Below are positions 49,758 through 60,102 of a DNA stretch of 64,000 bases, one piece after another (position 1 is the stretch's first letter; each line of letters starts with the position of its first letter). Origin of the DNA: Acidobacteriota bacterium. Its GTDB lineage: Bacteria > Acidobacteriota > UBA6911. The DNA is taken from the NCBI GenBank assembly GCA_963664705.1, contig OY761556.1:1728001-1792000 (forward strand), written 5' to 3'. Below the pieces are notes generated by a model. That model did not search any database. It had not been told where the DNA came from and saw nothing but the letters and a program-made list of their open reading frames with translations. The translations under genes were made by a program, and so were the position numbers.

Positions 49758-50780
49758 ATGAGCCGCATGAAATTTCTTTTTGCAGGCCTTGGGGCCCTTT
49801 TTCAAATTGCCGCCCTTGCTTTTTGCATCGAAAACAGGGTAACAAGGCTGGAGTTCACCAGCGCGCTCCCATCCCACGATAAACTCAGTGCAGTTTTGGA
49901 GGATTGGTGCAGGGAACTGGAAAGACGAAGTGGAGGAAGCATCAAAGCTTCATTCCATCCCGGAGGGATATTGACGCCTTCTGCCCAGATATTTGACTCT
50001 GTTACAACAGGCATTGCGGATATAGGGTTTGGCCCGATGGGAGTAACTCCCGGCAGATTCCCCATGATGGAAATATTGGAGCAGCCGTTGGGTATTGACA
50101 GTGCTGTCATGATGACGCGGATATCCAACGATTTTCTTCGTGCCTTTCGGCCAAAAGAATTCCAAAGGGTGAAGGTTCTATTCCTCCTGAGCGCAAGTCC
50201 AGGGCTATTGCATACCAAAACTCCTGTACGCCAATTAGAAGATTTGAAGGGGATGAAGATACGATGCCTGGGCGGAAGTGCGGCAAAAGTGCTCAAGGCC
50301 CTTGGCGCGGTACCCATTGTGATATCAACGGGGGATACCTACGATGCGCTGCGGAAAGGAATCGTCGATGGCGTGATTGCCGCCTGGGATTCTCTTGAAA
50401 CCATGAAATGGGGAGAGATTCTTCCGTACACCACGGTCAGTCGATATGCCTCGGTAGGAGCCCCTGGTTTTGTGATCATGAATAAAGACAAATGGGATTG
50501 TCTGCCCGCGGAGACGAAAGCCGTGATGGAGAGCATGTCGGAAGAATATTCGGCAAAGCTCAGCAGTCTCTGGGATGAAAAAGATCAGCATACAATCGGA
50601 AAATGGAAGGCAAAGAATCATGTCTCGATATTTCTCAATGGGAATGAGGAAAGGAAATGGGAGCAGGCTGTGCTGCCTCTGTATGAGGCCTTTGTAAGAG
50701 AGAAATCCGCAAAAGGTTTGCCTGCCTCGGAAGCCTTAGCATTCTGCAAAAGCTGGGTTGAGAGAAATCGGAAGAAATAA
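49758..50780 (+). CDS. dctP: TRAP transporter substrate-binding protein
   Basis: Signal peptide; G.ADI, DLKGMKIR, YDALRKGIVDG, MNKDKW..LP. Confidence 0.9.
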   Translation: MSRMKFLFAGLGALFQIAALAFCIENRVTRLEFTSALPSHDKLSAVLEDWCRELERRSGGSIKASFHPGGILTPSAQIFDSVTTGIADIGFGPMGVTPGRFPMMEILEQPLGIDSAVMMTRISNDFLRAFRPKEFQRVKVLFLLSASPGLLHTKTPVRQLEDLKGMKIRCLGGSAAKVLKALGAVPIVISTGDTYDALRKGIVDGVIAAWDSLETMKWGEILPYTTVSRYASVGAPGFVIMNKDKWDCLPAETKAVMESMSEEYSAKLSSLWDEKDQHTIGKWKAKNHVSIFLNGNEERKWEQAVLPLYEAFVREKSAKGLPASEALAFCKSWVERNRKK

Positions 50781-50834
50781 AGACATCGGTTAGCGATAGC
50801 GAGTAGAAAACTGCTGATTTCCCAAGGGTTGAAT

Positions 50835-51329
50835 ATGAAGAGGCTGATGGACACTTTGGCCGGACGAATGAGCGCGTGGATGGAAGTTGTTGCGGGAAGT
50901 GCCCTCATTGCTGTGATGCTATTGATCGGGGCGGACATAATAGGAAGACTTTTCGGCCATCCTGTTCCCGGTGCATACGAAATCGTATCCCTTGCCGGCG
51001 GACTGGTTCTGGGATTAGCGCTACCGGCCACCTCGATGGCGAAGGAGCATGTGTCCACCGATTTCATGACGGCCAGGCTCTCGACGACAATGAGACGGTT
51101 GCTCCATTTCGGGACGCGGCTCATTGGGATTGGCATTTTTGCCCTGGCAGGCTATGGCATGTTGATGATGGGAGTTCGGCTGAAGGAAGCGGGTGAGGTG
51201 ACGGCAGTGCTCGCATTCCCCTTTTACTATGTGGTTTACGCCCTGGGCGGGGCCCTAATCATCCAAACCCTAGTGCTTGTGGCTGAACTGTTTGCCGGAC
51301 CCAAAGATGAAAGGACGACGCAGCCATGA
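50835..51329 (+). CDS. dctQ: TRAP transporter small permease
   Basis: 4 TM helices; DIIGR..PVPGAYE, HVSTD; start 50829 or 50835. Confidence 0.88.
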   Translation: MKRLMDTLAGRMSAWMEVVAGSALIAVMLLIGADIIGRLFGHPVPGAYEIVSLAGGLVLGLALPATSMAKEHVSTDFMTARLSTTMRRLLHFGTRLIGIGIFALAGYGMLMMGVRLKEAGEVTAVLAFPFYYVVYALGGALIIQTLVLVAELFAGPKDERTTQP

Positions 51330-52621
51330 ATGAGGTGCTGATCGGTTGTGTCGGGCTTGGAGCCTTGCTGGTTCTTTTCCTGACGGGAATTGAGCTGGCC
51401 TTTGCCATGACATTCATTGGTTTTGCCGGTTTTGCCTGTTTGCGTTCATTTTCGGCAGCGGTCGACCTGTTGGCCAAGGATTTCTTTGACGCGTTTGCTT
51501 CCTACACTTTTGTTGTCATCCCGCTTTTTGTTTTGATGGGGCAGGTTGCCTACAATTCGGGAATTGCCGAAAAAATGTACGGGACATCCCGGAAATTCAT
51601 TGGTCACGTTCCGGGCGGACTGGCGCTGGCAACAGTCGTGGGCGCCACGATTTTCAAGGCGATCTCCGGGTCCAGCCTTGCCACGGCTGCAACGTTTTCC
51701 AGCGTCGCCATTCCTGAAATGGATAAATGCGGTTACAGCCGACGGCTTTCAACGGGTGTGGTTGCAAGCACCGGGACGCTTGGCATTCTGATCCCACCAA
51801 GTGGAACGCTTATTATCCTGGCCATGATCACGGATCAATCTATAGGGAAGCTGTTTTTGGCAGGAATCATTCCGGGACTTCTGATTGCAGTTCTCTTTCT
51901 CATCACCATCGTGTCGTGGTGCGGAATCAATCCTTCGCTTGCGCCTCGCGGAATTGCATCGAACTGGCGTGAGAGAGTTCACTCCATACCGATGATTTTC
52001 TGGCCGCTATTGATTTTTGGCGTGACTGTCGGGGGATTGCTCGGCGGCATTTTTACTCCGACAGAAGCCGGCAGCGTAGGCGCCATTTCCGTTTTGGTCC
52101 TGACATTCCTGAAGCGCGATCTTCACTCCGAAGGGTTCAAAAAATCAATTCGGGAATCTTTGCGCATGGGATGCATGGTTTTGTTGCTCATCGGCGGATC
52201 TGCGGTCCTCGGGCATTTTGTTGTGGTTTCAAAAATTCCGAGTGTCGTGGCGAACTGGACGCTGAGCCTCTCGCTGCCTTCATCGATAATCATGATCGTG
52301 ATTTTGCTGATCTACCTGATTGGTGGGTCCTTTGTGGATGATATGGCGTTCATGATTCTGGCTACTCCTATATTCTTCCCGGTTGCCCTGAAATTGGGAT
52401 ATGACCCCATCTGGTTCTGCATTGTCATCGGGGTAACGATGATGATTGGCGTTATTACGCCCCCCGTAGCCGTGGCCGCATTTATTGTTCGAAATATTAC
52501 CCGTGAACCGATCGGACAAATTTATCGAGGCGTATTGCCGTTCCTGATAACGATGGTTCTTTGCCTGTTGCTTCTTTTTCTATTTCCGCAAATTGCAACT
52601 TATCTCCCAAAGCGGTTCTAA
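51326..52621 (+). CDS. dctM: TRAP transporter large permease
   Basis: IPLFVLMG, SGSSLAT, GTLGILIPPS, FTPTEAG, TPP. Confidence 0.93.
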   Translation: MNEVLIGCVGLGALLVLFLTGIELAFAMTFIGFAGFACLRSFSAAVDLLAKDFFDAFASYTFVVIPLFVLMGQVAYNSGIAEKMYGTSRKFIGHVPGGLALATVVGATIFKAISGSSLATAATFSSVAIPEMDKCGYSRRLSTGVVASTGTLGILIPPSGTLIILAMITDQSIGKLFLAGIIPGLLIAVLFLITIVSWCGINPSLAPRGIASNWRERVHSIPMIFWPLLIFGVTVGGLLGGIFTPTEAGSVGAISVLVLTFLKRDLHSEGFKKSIRESLRMGCMVLLLIGGSAVLGHFVVVSKIPSVVANWTLSLSLPSSIIMIVILLIYLIGGSFVDDMAFMILATPIFFPVALKLGYDPIWFCIVIGVTMMIGVITPPVAVAAFIVRNITREPIGQIYRGVLPFLITMVLCLLLLFLFPQIATYLPKRF

Positions 52622-52902
52622 ATGCGTTCATGAGCCCTTCCTCATTCGAATGAAATATTTGGACAAAATGCAAGTTCAGAGGTTGCTATTCCGCAAGACA
52701 TCTCTGAGAATAGGATCATCGAGATATAAACGATGAATTTATAAAGGAGCAGGAGGCTGTCAGCCTTCACCTGAAGGGAATCCCGATTGAGCGATGAGCG
52801 ATCAGGTTCGAGCGGTTCTACTCTGGACTGTCATTGTACAAGCGTGTAACACCAGCGTTAAACCCTGGAAGGGTTCTCTGGATAATGAGATACGGAGAGA
52901 AT

Positions 52903-53664
52903 ATGCCAAGTGAATACCAAGGCAAGGTTGTTCTGGTAACTGGAGGGGCCTATGGCATTGGCAGGGCCGCTGCCATAGGGTTTGCGCTGAGGGGTGCCAA
53001 GGTGGTGATTGCAGACCGCGATGCGAAGCGAGGGGAAGAAACAGTGCAGCAGGTTAAGGATGCCGGTGGCGATGCCCTGTTTGTTCGAACCGATGTTTCG
53101 TCTGAAACGGATGTCGAAGCGCTTGTAAAGAAAACGGTCGAAACTTACGGAAAGCTCGATTGCGCATTCAATAATGCCGGGATCCATAAACAGTTTGTGT
53201 CTACGGTTGATTTCAAATCCGCTGATTGGGATGAGATGATCAACATCAACTTGAAGAGCGTGTGGCTTTGCATGAAATACGAGATCGCGCAGATGCTCAA
53301 GCAAGGCAAAGGCTCGATCGTCAACACCTCCTCCGCTGCAGGTTTGGTAGGTGCTCCAAGCAATCCTGCATATCCGGCCAGTAAACATGGTGTGGTTGGA
53401 ATCACCAAGTCCACAGCGCTTGAGTTTGCGCGTAAGGGAATCAGGGTGAACTGTGTCTGTCCTGGGCCGACCCGAACCGGTATGAATGAGGAGCTGGTGG
53501 CCACGAATCCTGAGATTGTCAAGGCAATGGACCAGAAGGTTCCCATGGGAAGGATTGGGGAGCCGGAGGAGGTGGCTGCCGCGGCCATTTTCCTATGTTC
53601 CGATGAAGCCTCTTACATAACGGGGCACGCATTGCCGGTCGACGGCGGCATTGTCGCGGATTGA
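52903..53664 (+). CDS. Short-chain dehydrogenase/reductase (NAD-type alcohol dehydrogenase)
   Basis: TGGAYGIG, FNNAG, YPASKHG, CPG, VDGG; GGAG RBS. Confidence 0.93.
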   Translation: MPSEYQGKVVLVTGGAYGIGRAAAIGFALRGAKVVIADRDAKRGEETVQQVKDAGGDALFVRTDVSSETDVEALVKKTVETYGKLDCAFNNAGIHKQFVSTVDFKSADWDEMININLKSVWLCMKYEIAQMLKQGKGSIVNTSSAAGLVGAPSNPAYPASKHGVVGITKSTALEFARKGIRVNCVCPGPTRTGMNEELVATNPEIVKAMDQKVPMGRIGEPEEVAAAAIFLCSDEASYITGHALPVDGGIVAD

Positions 53665-53835
53665 AGCTGTAAATCGATGTCATTCGCGGGTGTATTGGAT
53701 CAACCGGGGAGTCCTTTCGGCTATTTGTGCTTTTGGCATGAACCGGAGGGAGCGCATCAGATCCGCTATCCCCGTTTACACGAAGAGATTCTGTTGCAAT
53801 AACTCGAAACTGAGAACGGAGATCAGGGGGGAGAA

Positions 53836-55314
53836 ATGAGTGCAGAATACAGAGTGTTAATTGATGGCGAATTGTGTGAATCGTCGACCAAGGAGACGAT
53901 GGAGGTAATCAATCCTGCCAATGGAAAGGTTGTGGGACTGGCGCCAAAATGCAGTTCCATCGAGATCGACAGAGCTGCCGAAGCCGCGCATAGGGCTGCG
54001 CCTGAATGGGCGGAAAAATCGCCAACCGAAAAGGCCGCCATATTCTTTAAGATGGCGGAGCTTTTGCGCAAAAATCGGGAGGAATGGGCGCGGCTGGAGA
54101 CAATGCAGTATGGCGGTCCTATTTTCAAAACATACAATTTCGATATGCGTTTCGATGCAGAGCATTTCGAATTCATGGCCGGCGTGGCCAGGGCTGTGAC
54201 TGGAAAGACTCTGCCGGTCGGGCCGCAAGCCATGTCGATGACTCTCCGCCAGCCCCTGGGCGTGGTCGGCTTAATTACTCCCTGGAATTTCCCCCTTGTT
54301 ACGGCCATATCCAAAATAACGCCCGCATTGATGATGGGGAATACGGCTGTGGTAAAACCGCCTTCCTGTGCGCCGCTGACGGTGCTCAAACTGGGTGAGG
54401 TTGCCATGGAGGCCGGGATCCCACCGGGAGTTCTCAACATTGTTACCGGACCCGGATCAACGGTGGGTGAGGCTTTGGTCAAACACCCCTATGTTGCCAA
54501 GGTCAATTTCACAGGCGACTCGGAAACAGGAAAACGTATTCTTGCCCTTGCAAGCGCCGCGGTCAAGCCGGTGGCATGCGAACTGGGCGGGAAGAACGCC
54601 TTTATCGTAATGCCGGATGCGGATATGAAGGCCGCAGTCGAAGGTGCTATCTGGGGCGGCTTTTTTAACTCGGGTCAGAATTGCGGCGCTTCCAGCCGAT
54701 ATCTGATTCACGAATCGATTTACGATGAATTTGTGGAGAAGTTTGTGGCAGCGGCGAAACTTCTGCGCGTTGGGGATCCTCTGAATCCGGAAACCATGAT
54801 CGGCCCGGTTGCCTACAAGGGACACCGGGATTCAATCGAACGATTCGTGGAGCGCGCAAAGAGGTCCAAGTGCAAGCTTCTGCTGGGTGGTGAACGCCCG
54901 AATACACCGGATACCAAGGATGGCTGTTTTGTCACCCCTACCATTTTTGGCGACTGTGATCCAAAGTCGGAAATAATGCAGGAAGAGGTATTCGGCCCCG
55001 TTGTTGCAGTGGCGCGGTTCAAAACGGCCGAGGAAGCTGTCGAGATTGCAAACGATTCCCGTTTCGGGCTGTGCGCTTCAATCTGGACAAAGGATATACG
55101 GCAGGGTCTCGTGATGACCAAGCAACTCAAGGTGGGGACCGTCTGGTTGAACCAGCACCTGTCAATCGTATTTGAGTGTCCCTGGGGTGGCTGTAAAGAG
55201 TCCGGACATAGCAAGGAAAATTCAATTATGGTTTTGGACGAATACAGCATGATGAAGAATGTATGGATTGATCTGGTGGGTACGCCGGCAACACCATGGC
55301 AGGGCCGCTTTTAG
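53836..55314 (+). CDS. Aldehyde dehydrogenase
   Basis: ITPWNFP, FTGD, ELGGKN, GQNC, EEVFGP, PWGG.KESG. Confidence 0.94.
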   Translation: MSAEYRVLIDGELCESSTKETMEVINPANGKVVGLAPKCSSIEIDRAAEAAHRAAPEWAEKSPTEKAAIFFKMAELLRKNREEWARLETMQYGGPIFKTYNFDMRFDAEHFEFMAGVARAVTGKTLPVGPQAMSMTLRQPLGVVGLITPWNFPLVTAISKITPALMMGNTAVVKPPSCAPLTVLKLGEVAMEAGIPPGVLNIVTGPGSTVGEALVKHPYVAKVNFTGDSETGKRILALASAAVKPVACELGGKNAFIVMPDADMKAAVEGAIWGGFFNSGQNCGASSRYLIHESIYDEFVEKFVAAAKLLRVGDPLNPETMIGPVAYKGHRDSIERFVERAKRSKCKLLLGGERPNTPDTKDGCFVTPTIFGDCDPKSEIMQEEVFGPVVAVARFKTAEEAVEIANDSRFGLCASIWTKDIRQGLVMTKQLKVGTVWLNQHLSIVFECPWGGCKESGHSKENSIMVLDEYSMMKNVWIDLVGTPATPWQGRF

Positions 55315-55328
55315 CTAATCGATGGATA

Positions 55329-55367
55329 AAAGACCGATGCCGCTTTATCCAATCGGCATCGGTCTTT
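55329..55367 (+). terminator. Intrinsic terminator-like hairpin
   Basis: AAAGACCGATGCCG-N11-CGGCATCGGTCTTT, 14 nt after the ALDH stop. Confidence 0.65.
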
Positions 55368-55438
55368 CAACGCACCAATCTTAGTGCTAATTCCTTTAAA
55401 CTGAGCTAAGCTGGGAATCTTACACAAAGGTTTAACAC

Positions 55439-57145
55439 ATGAGCGTGCCTAAAAAGCAGGGGAAGTTGCTTTCGCTTCAGGAAGCGATACGACAATACGT
55501 CCAGCCTGGAATGAAATTGCATCTTGCCGGCGGTATCGGTGGACCCAGCGCGGCTATTTGCGAAATCATTAGGCAATATTGGGGCCGGAATCCTGACTTC
55601 ACGCTAATTCAAGCAACAGTTACCGGTCTGGCGCTTAACCTGGTTCACGGCAAATTGGCCAAAAAGCTGATCTGTTCGGTTTGTGCGGAAATCTCAGGAT
55701 CGGGACGGCCGAGCAAAGTCATCCAGGCTGCCTATGAAAGCAAGAAGATTGAGCTCGAAAACTGGTCCCTGCTTTCGCTGCAACAGCGATTGATGGCGGG
55801 TGCTTTCGGCGTTCCATTCATGCCGACCAAATCTGTTTTGAATAGCAGTATTGCCAGCGATAACCCGACTACCTTCAAGACAATGGAAGATCCTTTCGGC
55901 TCCGGAGAGAAGGTCGGACTGGTAGGCGCGCTGGTCCCGGATCTGTCAATTGTGCACGGGTGCGTTGCCGATGTGGACGGTAATGTCATTCTGCAAGCTC
56001 CCTATGGTGAAGATCTATGGGGTGCCCTGGCAAGCAAAGGCGGGGTCCTTGTCACCGTCGAAAAGGTGGTCTCCAAGGATTTCATCAAGAGGTATAACGC
56101 CTTGGTTAAGATACCCGCCTATGCGGTCAAGGCTGTTGTGCCTGCCCCGTTGGGGCTTCATCCCTATTCGCTTACGAATCCCGGCATTTCCGATTTCGAT
56201 CCCTATGAAAAGGATGTGGATTTTCTGAACGTGCTTTTTGAGGCCGGGAGCACTGCCCATGCATTGGAAGGCTGGGTTAAGGAATGGATTCTGCAGTGCG
56301 AAAGCCATGAGGAATATTTGGGCAAGCTTGGCGATCAAAGGGTTGCCGACCTCAAGGGGCGATCAAGACGAGTGCTTGGGGAAATAGCGATGCCTTCGGT
56401 TTCACCCGATCCGGGCAGTGCAGAATACGATCCCAAGGAAATGATGCTGGTGGCGCTGGCCCGTGAGATCCTGCGCAGTGTTGAAGCGAACGAGCATAAA
56501 TTGATATTGGCCGGGGCAGGTGCCGGCGCGACAGCGGCATTTCTGGCCTATTACCGGCTCAAGTCTTCCGGTTTTGAACTGGGTACCGGAAACGGACAAA
56601 TTGGTTATACCCCTGTTCCGGGGGAATCGATTCTTGCAAGCGAGGCCGGTGTCCGAAGTTCCAAAATGCTGACCGATACGATCATGATGCAGGGCGTGTT
56701 TGTCGGAGGTGGCAACAATCGATGCCTGAGTATTCTCGGCGCGGGACAAATGGATAAGCACGGCAATATCAACTCCACCAAGACATCCAAAGGAAAGTTT
56801 CTTGTGGGTTCCGGAGGCGCCAATGATGCGCTGAATGCGTGCGAAACCATCCTCTGCCTGGACCAATCCAAAGACCGTTTTGTCGACAAGCTTGCCTATG
56901 TTACGGGCGTTGGCCATTCGGTAACGACGGTTGTATCAACAATGGGAATCTTCAGGAAAGAGCATCCGAAGGATGACCTCAAGCTCGTCGCCTGTTTTCC
57001 TGACACGCACGGCAAGAGCCTGGAGGATAGAATTAAAGACATTCGGATGCATTGTGGATGGGATCTGAAAGTGGCAGCCGGCGTTGAAGAAGTGCCCAAG
57101 CCTGGTTTGGAGGAACTGCAGCTGCTGCGCTGGATCAAAACATAA
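55439..57145 (+). CDS. Fused alpha/beta class I CoA-transferase-fold protein (glutaconate CoA-transferase-like)
   Basis: LSLQEAI..YVQPG, RLMAGAFGVPFMP, PD...VHG..AD.DGN, VTVE (alpha); LGAGQMDKHGNINST, LVGSGGAND (beta). Confidence 0.85.
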   Translation: MSVPKKQGKLLSLQEAIRQYVQPGMKLHLAGGIGGPSAAICEIIRQYWGRNPDFTLIQATVTGLALNLVHGKLAKKLICSVCAEISGSGRPSKVIQAAYESKKIELENWSLLSLQQRLMAGAFGVPFMPTKSVLNSSIASDNPTTFKTMEDPFGSGEKVGLVGALVPDLSIVHGCVADVDGNVILQAPYGEDLWGALASKGGVLVTVEKVVSKDFIKRYNALVKIPAYAVKAVVPAPLGLHPYSLTNPGISDFDPYEKDVDFLNVLFEAGSTAHALEGWVKEWILQCESHEEYLGKLGDQRVADLKGRSRRVLGEIAMPSVSPDPGSAEYDPKEMMLVALAREILRSVEANEHKLILAGAGAGATAAFLAYYRLKSSGFELGTGNGQIGYTPVPGESILASEAGVRSSKMLTDTIMMQGVFVGGGNNRCLSILGAGQMDKHGNINSTKTSKGKFLVGSGGANDALNACETILCLDQSKDRFVDKLAYVTGVGHSVTTVVSTMGIFRKEHPKDDLKLVACFPDTHGKSLEDRIKDIRMHCGWDLKVAAGVEEVPKPGLEELQLLRWIKT

Positions 57146-57240
57146 TTTCGAATTGCCAATGACGAATTTCAAATGATGGAGTTATCCGTACGGCTGTGTC
57201 AGTTCGTAATCGGTCATGGGTAATGTGAGACGGAGTCAAT

Positions 57241-58467
57241 ATGAGTGGTGGACCGCTTCAAGGTATAAGAGTTGTTGAATGTGCAGGCTATCTCAGCGCT
57301 CCTACAGCCTGTTATATGCTCGGGGATCTGGGCGCAGAAATCATCAAGATCGAGGATAGGGAAAAGGGCGATCCATCACGGGGAACCTCCGCGGTTTTCG
57401 GTTCATCCATGACATTGCCAAACGGTGAAAATATCCTGTTTGAGACTGCCAACAGAAATAAGAAGAGCATTACGCTTGATCTGAAAAAACAAAAGGGAAA
57501 AGAGCTTTTGTATGAGCTGGTTTCCAAAGCCGATATTTTTTGCACCAACTTTACCCAGTCTGCCATAAAGAAACTCGAAATCGATTTTGATACGTTGAAA
57601 AAATACAATCCCAAGCTGGTCTATGGCCTCGCGACAGGGTATGGGCTGCAGGGCCCAGAAAGCAACCGGCGCGCATTTGACAGCGTTGCTCAAGCGCGTT
57701 CAGGCATCATGTATGCGCTTGGAGGTGAGCCGGATTCGCCCCCGGCGCAGATTGGCGGTCCGGTATTCGATCAAATGACCGGCACGCTCCTGGTATACGG
57801 CATTCTGGCTGCTCTTGTTGCCCGGGATCAAAAGGGGATTGGGCAGCAGGTCGAGGTGTCGCTGCTGGGGTCAGGCATTCATTTGCAGGCGTATAATCTG
57901 AATACTGCGCTTTTGCGCGGGCGCCAGATTCCAAGACCTTCGCGACGCTCCCTGAAAAATCCAATGGCAAATCACTTTGAATGCGCAGACGGAGAATGGC
58001 TCCTGCTCTCTGAGCCTCAGGCCGATAGATTCTGGCCGGCGTTTTGCGATGCGTTGGATATCCAGCATCTTGAAAAGGATGAGAAGTATTCCGATGCTGC
58101 CCGAAGACGTGAGAACTTCAGAGAATTGCTCGTCATTATTGAGGGTGTGTTCAAGACAAGAAAGCGCGAAGAGTGGATGAAGATTTTGGATGAAAAGGGA
58201 GCCGGGATTGCCTATTCACCGGTTCTGCGACCGACGGATCTGGCTAATGATGATCAGGCATTGGCGAACGGCTACGTTGCACAAATCGAGCATCCATCAT
58301 TGGGATCCATCAAGATGGTGGGAAATCCCGTGAGTTTCACCGGAACACCCATTACTGTCGATGGGTTCGCACCTTGTTTCGGTCAGAATACGGAAGAGGT
58401 GCTGCTGGATATCTGTGGATACGATTGGGACAAGATACAGCAACTGAAGGATGAAGAAGTGATCTAG
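57241..58467 (+). CDS. Class III CoA-transferase (CaiB/BaiF), catalytic Asp present
   Basis: PLQGIRVVE, LGDLGAEIIKIE, GDPSR, NRNKKSITLDL, FDQMTG, GQQVEVSL. Confidence 0.92.
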   Translation: MSGGPLQGIRVVECAGYLSAPTACYMLGDLGAEIIKIEDREKGDPSRGTSAVFGSSMTLPNGENILFETANRNKKSITLDLKKQKGKELLYELVSKADIFCTNFTQSAIKKLEIDFDTLKKYNPKLVYGLATGYGLQGPESNRRAFDSVAQARSGIMYALGGEPDSPPAQIGGPVFDQMTGTLLVYGILAALVARDQKGIGQQVEVSLLGSGIHLQAYNLNTALLRGRQIPRPSRRSLKNPMANHFECADGEWLLLSEPQADRFWPAFCDALDIQHLEKDEKYSDAARRRENFRELLVIIEGVFKTRKREEWMKILDEKGAGIAYSPVLRPTDLANDDQALANGYVAQIEHPSLGSIKMVGNPVSFTGTPITVDGFAPCFGQNTEEVLLDICGYDWDKIQQLKDEEVI

Positions 58468-58544
58468 GAATGTCCGGCGTCTCCTGTTTCCGGTATGCGA
58501 TGTCGGAAAAGCGGAAGCGGGAAACAAGAAACGAGGAAGAACAG

Positions 58545-60008
58545 ATGCAGACGAAACTTACAAACAAGAGGCTGGATGAGCAAGAGTTTTTAAAAATGCG
58601 CAGCGCGGTCCTGGCACTTTGGCCGACAGGGCGTGAAGTGGACCTCGATGAAGCCATCGAATACCAGAAGAAGTTGCCGGATTCCAAAAACTGGCACAAG
58701 GTCGGACTCAAGCTTCGTAGCGATGGTCGCACCGCTATATTCCCGCGCGCGGGTACCGGACTTCTTGAGGATCAGATCAGTCTTTCCAAAAAGCTGGAGC
58801 AGTCGGGAGTCCCTTTTATCCCGGTTACCACGGATAGCTATACGCGTCAGCTGGACTTTGAAAAGGTGGATGGGCTTCTAGCCGAAATGCGCAAAACCGG
58901 CCGGAATCTGCTGAACGGATATCCAATCATCAACTACGGCGTCAAGCAGACGAGAAAGATCATTGAAAGCGTTGAACAGGGGGCCTTTAATCCAAGGCTT
59001 TCACTCAAATCCTATCCGCTCGCAACTGAGATTTCTTTTGCCGCAGGGATGACCGGCATCGCAGCCTCTTCATTCATCTCCTGGGCTGCCTATGAAAAGG
59101 ACGCTACGCTGGAGCAATCGATGGCCACCAATCAATACGTCCATCGACTCATTGGCTACTATGCGGACCGCGGGGTAATCATCTCGACCGATAATCATGG
59201 ATGGATTCTAACGGGGTTGCAGCCAATGACGGTTAACCTGGCCACAACCATTGTAGATGCCATCATGGTGGCGGAACAGGGAGGCAAAAGCATCACTTCG
59301 GTAGTGCACCTGATGGGAAACATGGCTCAGGATCTTGCATGGATGCGCGTTACGCCAAAACTGATGCGTGAGTATTTGGATAAGCTCGGATATAAGGATG
59401 TCAGTATCCCGGCTGTATTTGCGCAGCATACACCGCTATTCCCCATGCCCCAGGGAATGGGTGGGGCGTTTGCCTTTCCGAATTATACCGCGGTGGTGGC
59501 GGCGCTTGGAAAAGCCGAGGCCGTTTCGGTGCGAACCATTGACGAAGCATTGGGAATTCCTACAGAGGAATCGCATGCTCTCAGCTATGAATCCACCAAC
59601 TGGTTGCTCAACGTAATCCGAGGCCAGAACTTTGAATTCAAATCGGCGGCGGTCGATGAAGAAGCTGCAATGGCTGAAATGGAAATCCGCGCCATTATGG
59701 ACAAACTGCTCGAGATCGGCGACGGCGATGTTGTTGTTGGATGTCTGAAGGGTGTTGAAGAAGGAATTATCGATTCATGCTTCAGTCCGAACCGCCAGGT
59801 GAAGGACAAGGTAATTGGAGTCAAGGACGGCAAGGGCGCGATCCGATATCTCGATTGCGGAAACCTGCCGTTTCCGGAAGAGGTTAAAAAATTTAACAGG
59901 GATAAGATCGCCGAGAGAGAGAGAGCTGAAGGCAGAAAGATGGACTACGATGTCATCGTTCAGGACTTCTGGGCATTCAGTAAAGGTCAGCTGACTGGCA
60001 AAGCGTAG
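58545..60008 (+). CDS. Glutamate/methylaspartate mutase large (E) subunit homologue with divergent active site
   Basis: WPTGREVDLDEA, PRAG, DSYTRQ, LLNGYP..NYGV, QYV.RL.G.Y, AEQG, GNMAQD, EALGIPT, RYLDCGNLPF; colinear with GlmE. Confidence 0.9.
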   Translation: MQTKLTNKRLDEQEFLKMRSAVLALWPTGREVDLDEAIEYQKKLPDSKNWHKVGLKLRSDGRTAIFPRAGTGLLEDQISLSKKLEQSGVPFIPVTTDSYTRQLDFEKVDGLLAEMRKTGRNLLNGYPIINYGVKQTRKIIESVEQGAFNPRLSLKSYPLATEISFAAGMTGIAASSFISWAAYEKDATLEQSMATNQYVHRLIGYYADRGVIISTDNHGWILTGLQPMTVNLATTIVDAIMVAEQGGKSITSVVHLMGNMAQDLAWMRVTPKLMREYLDKLGYKDVSIPAVFAQHTPLFPMPQGMGGAFAFPNYTAVVAALGKAEAVSVRTIDEALGIPTEESHALSYESTNWLLNVIRGQNFEFKSAAVDEEAAMAEMEIRAIMDKLLEIGDGDVVVGCLKGVEEGIIDSCFSPNRQVKDKVIGVKDGKGAIRYLDCGNLPFPEEVKKFNRDKIAERERAEGRKMDYDVIVQDFWAFSKGQLTGKA

Positions 60009-60102
60009 ATCTGATTCCAGTTCGGATTTCCGGGTTCGAATCGCGTGTCAAACTTGCCGGGAACCCAGCACTGGGAACAGGGAACTCAAGGAGATTGGAA
60101 AG

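Noticed and set aside
52622-60102. Cobalamin riboswitch in intergenic gaps near the B12 mutase
   Set aside because: No recognisable B12-box by eye; an Rfam search would be decisive.
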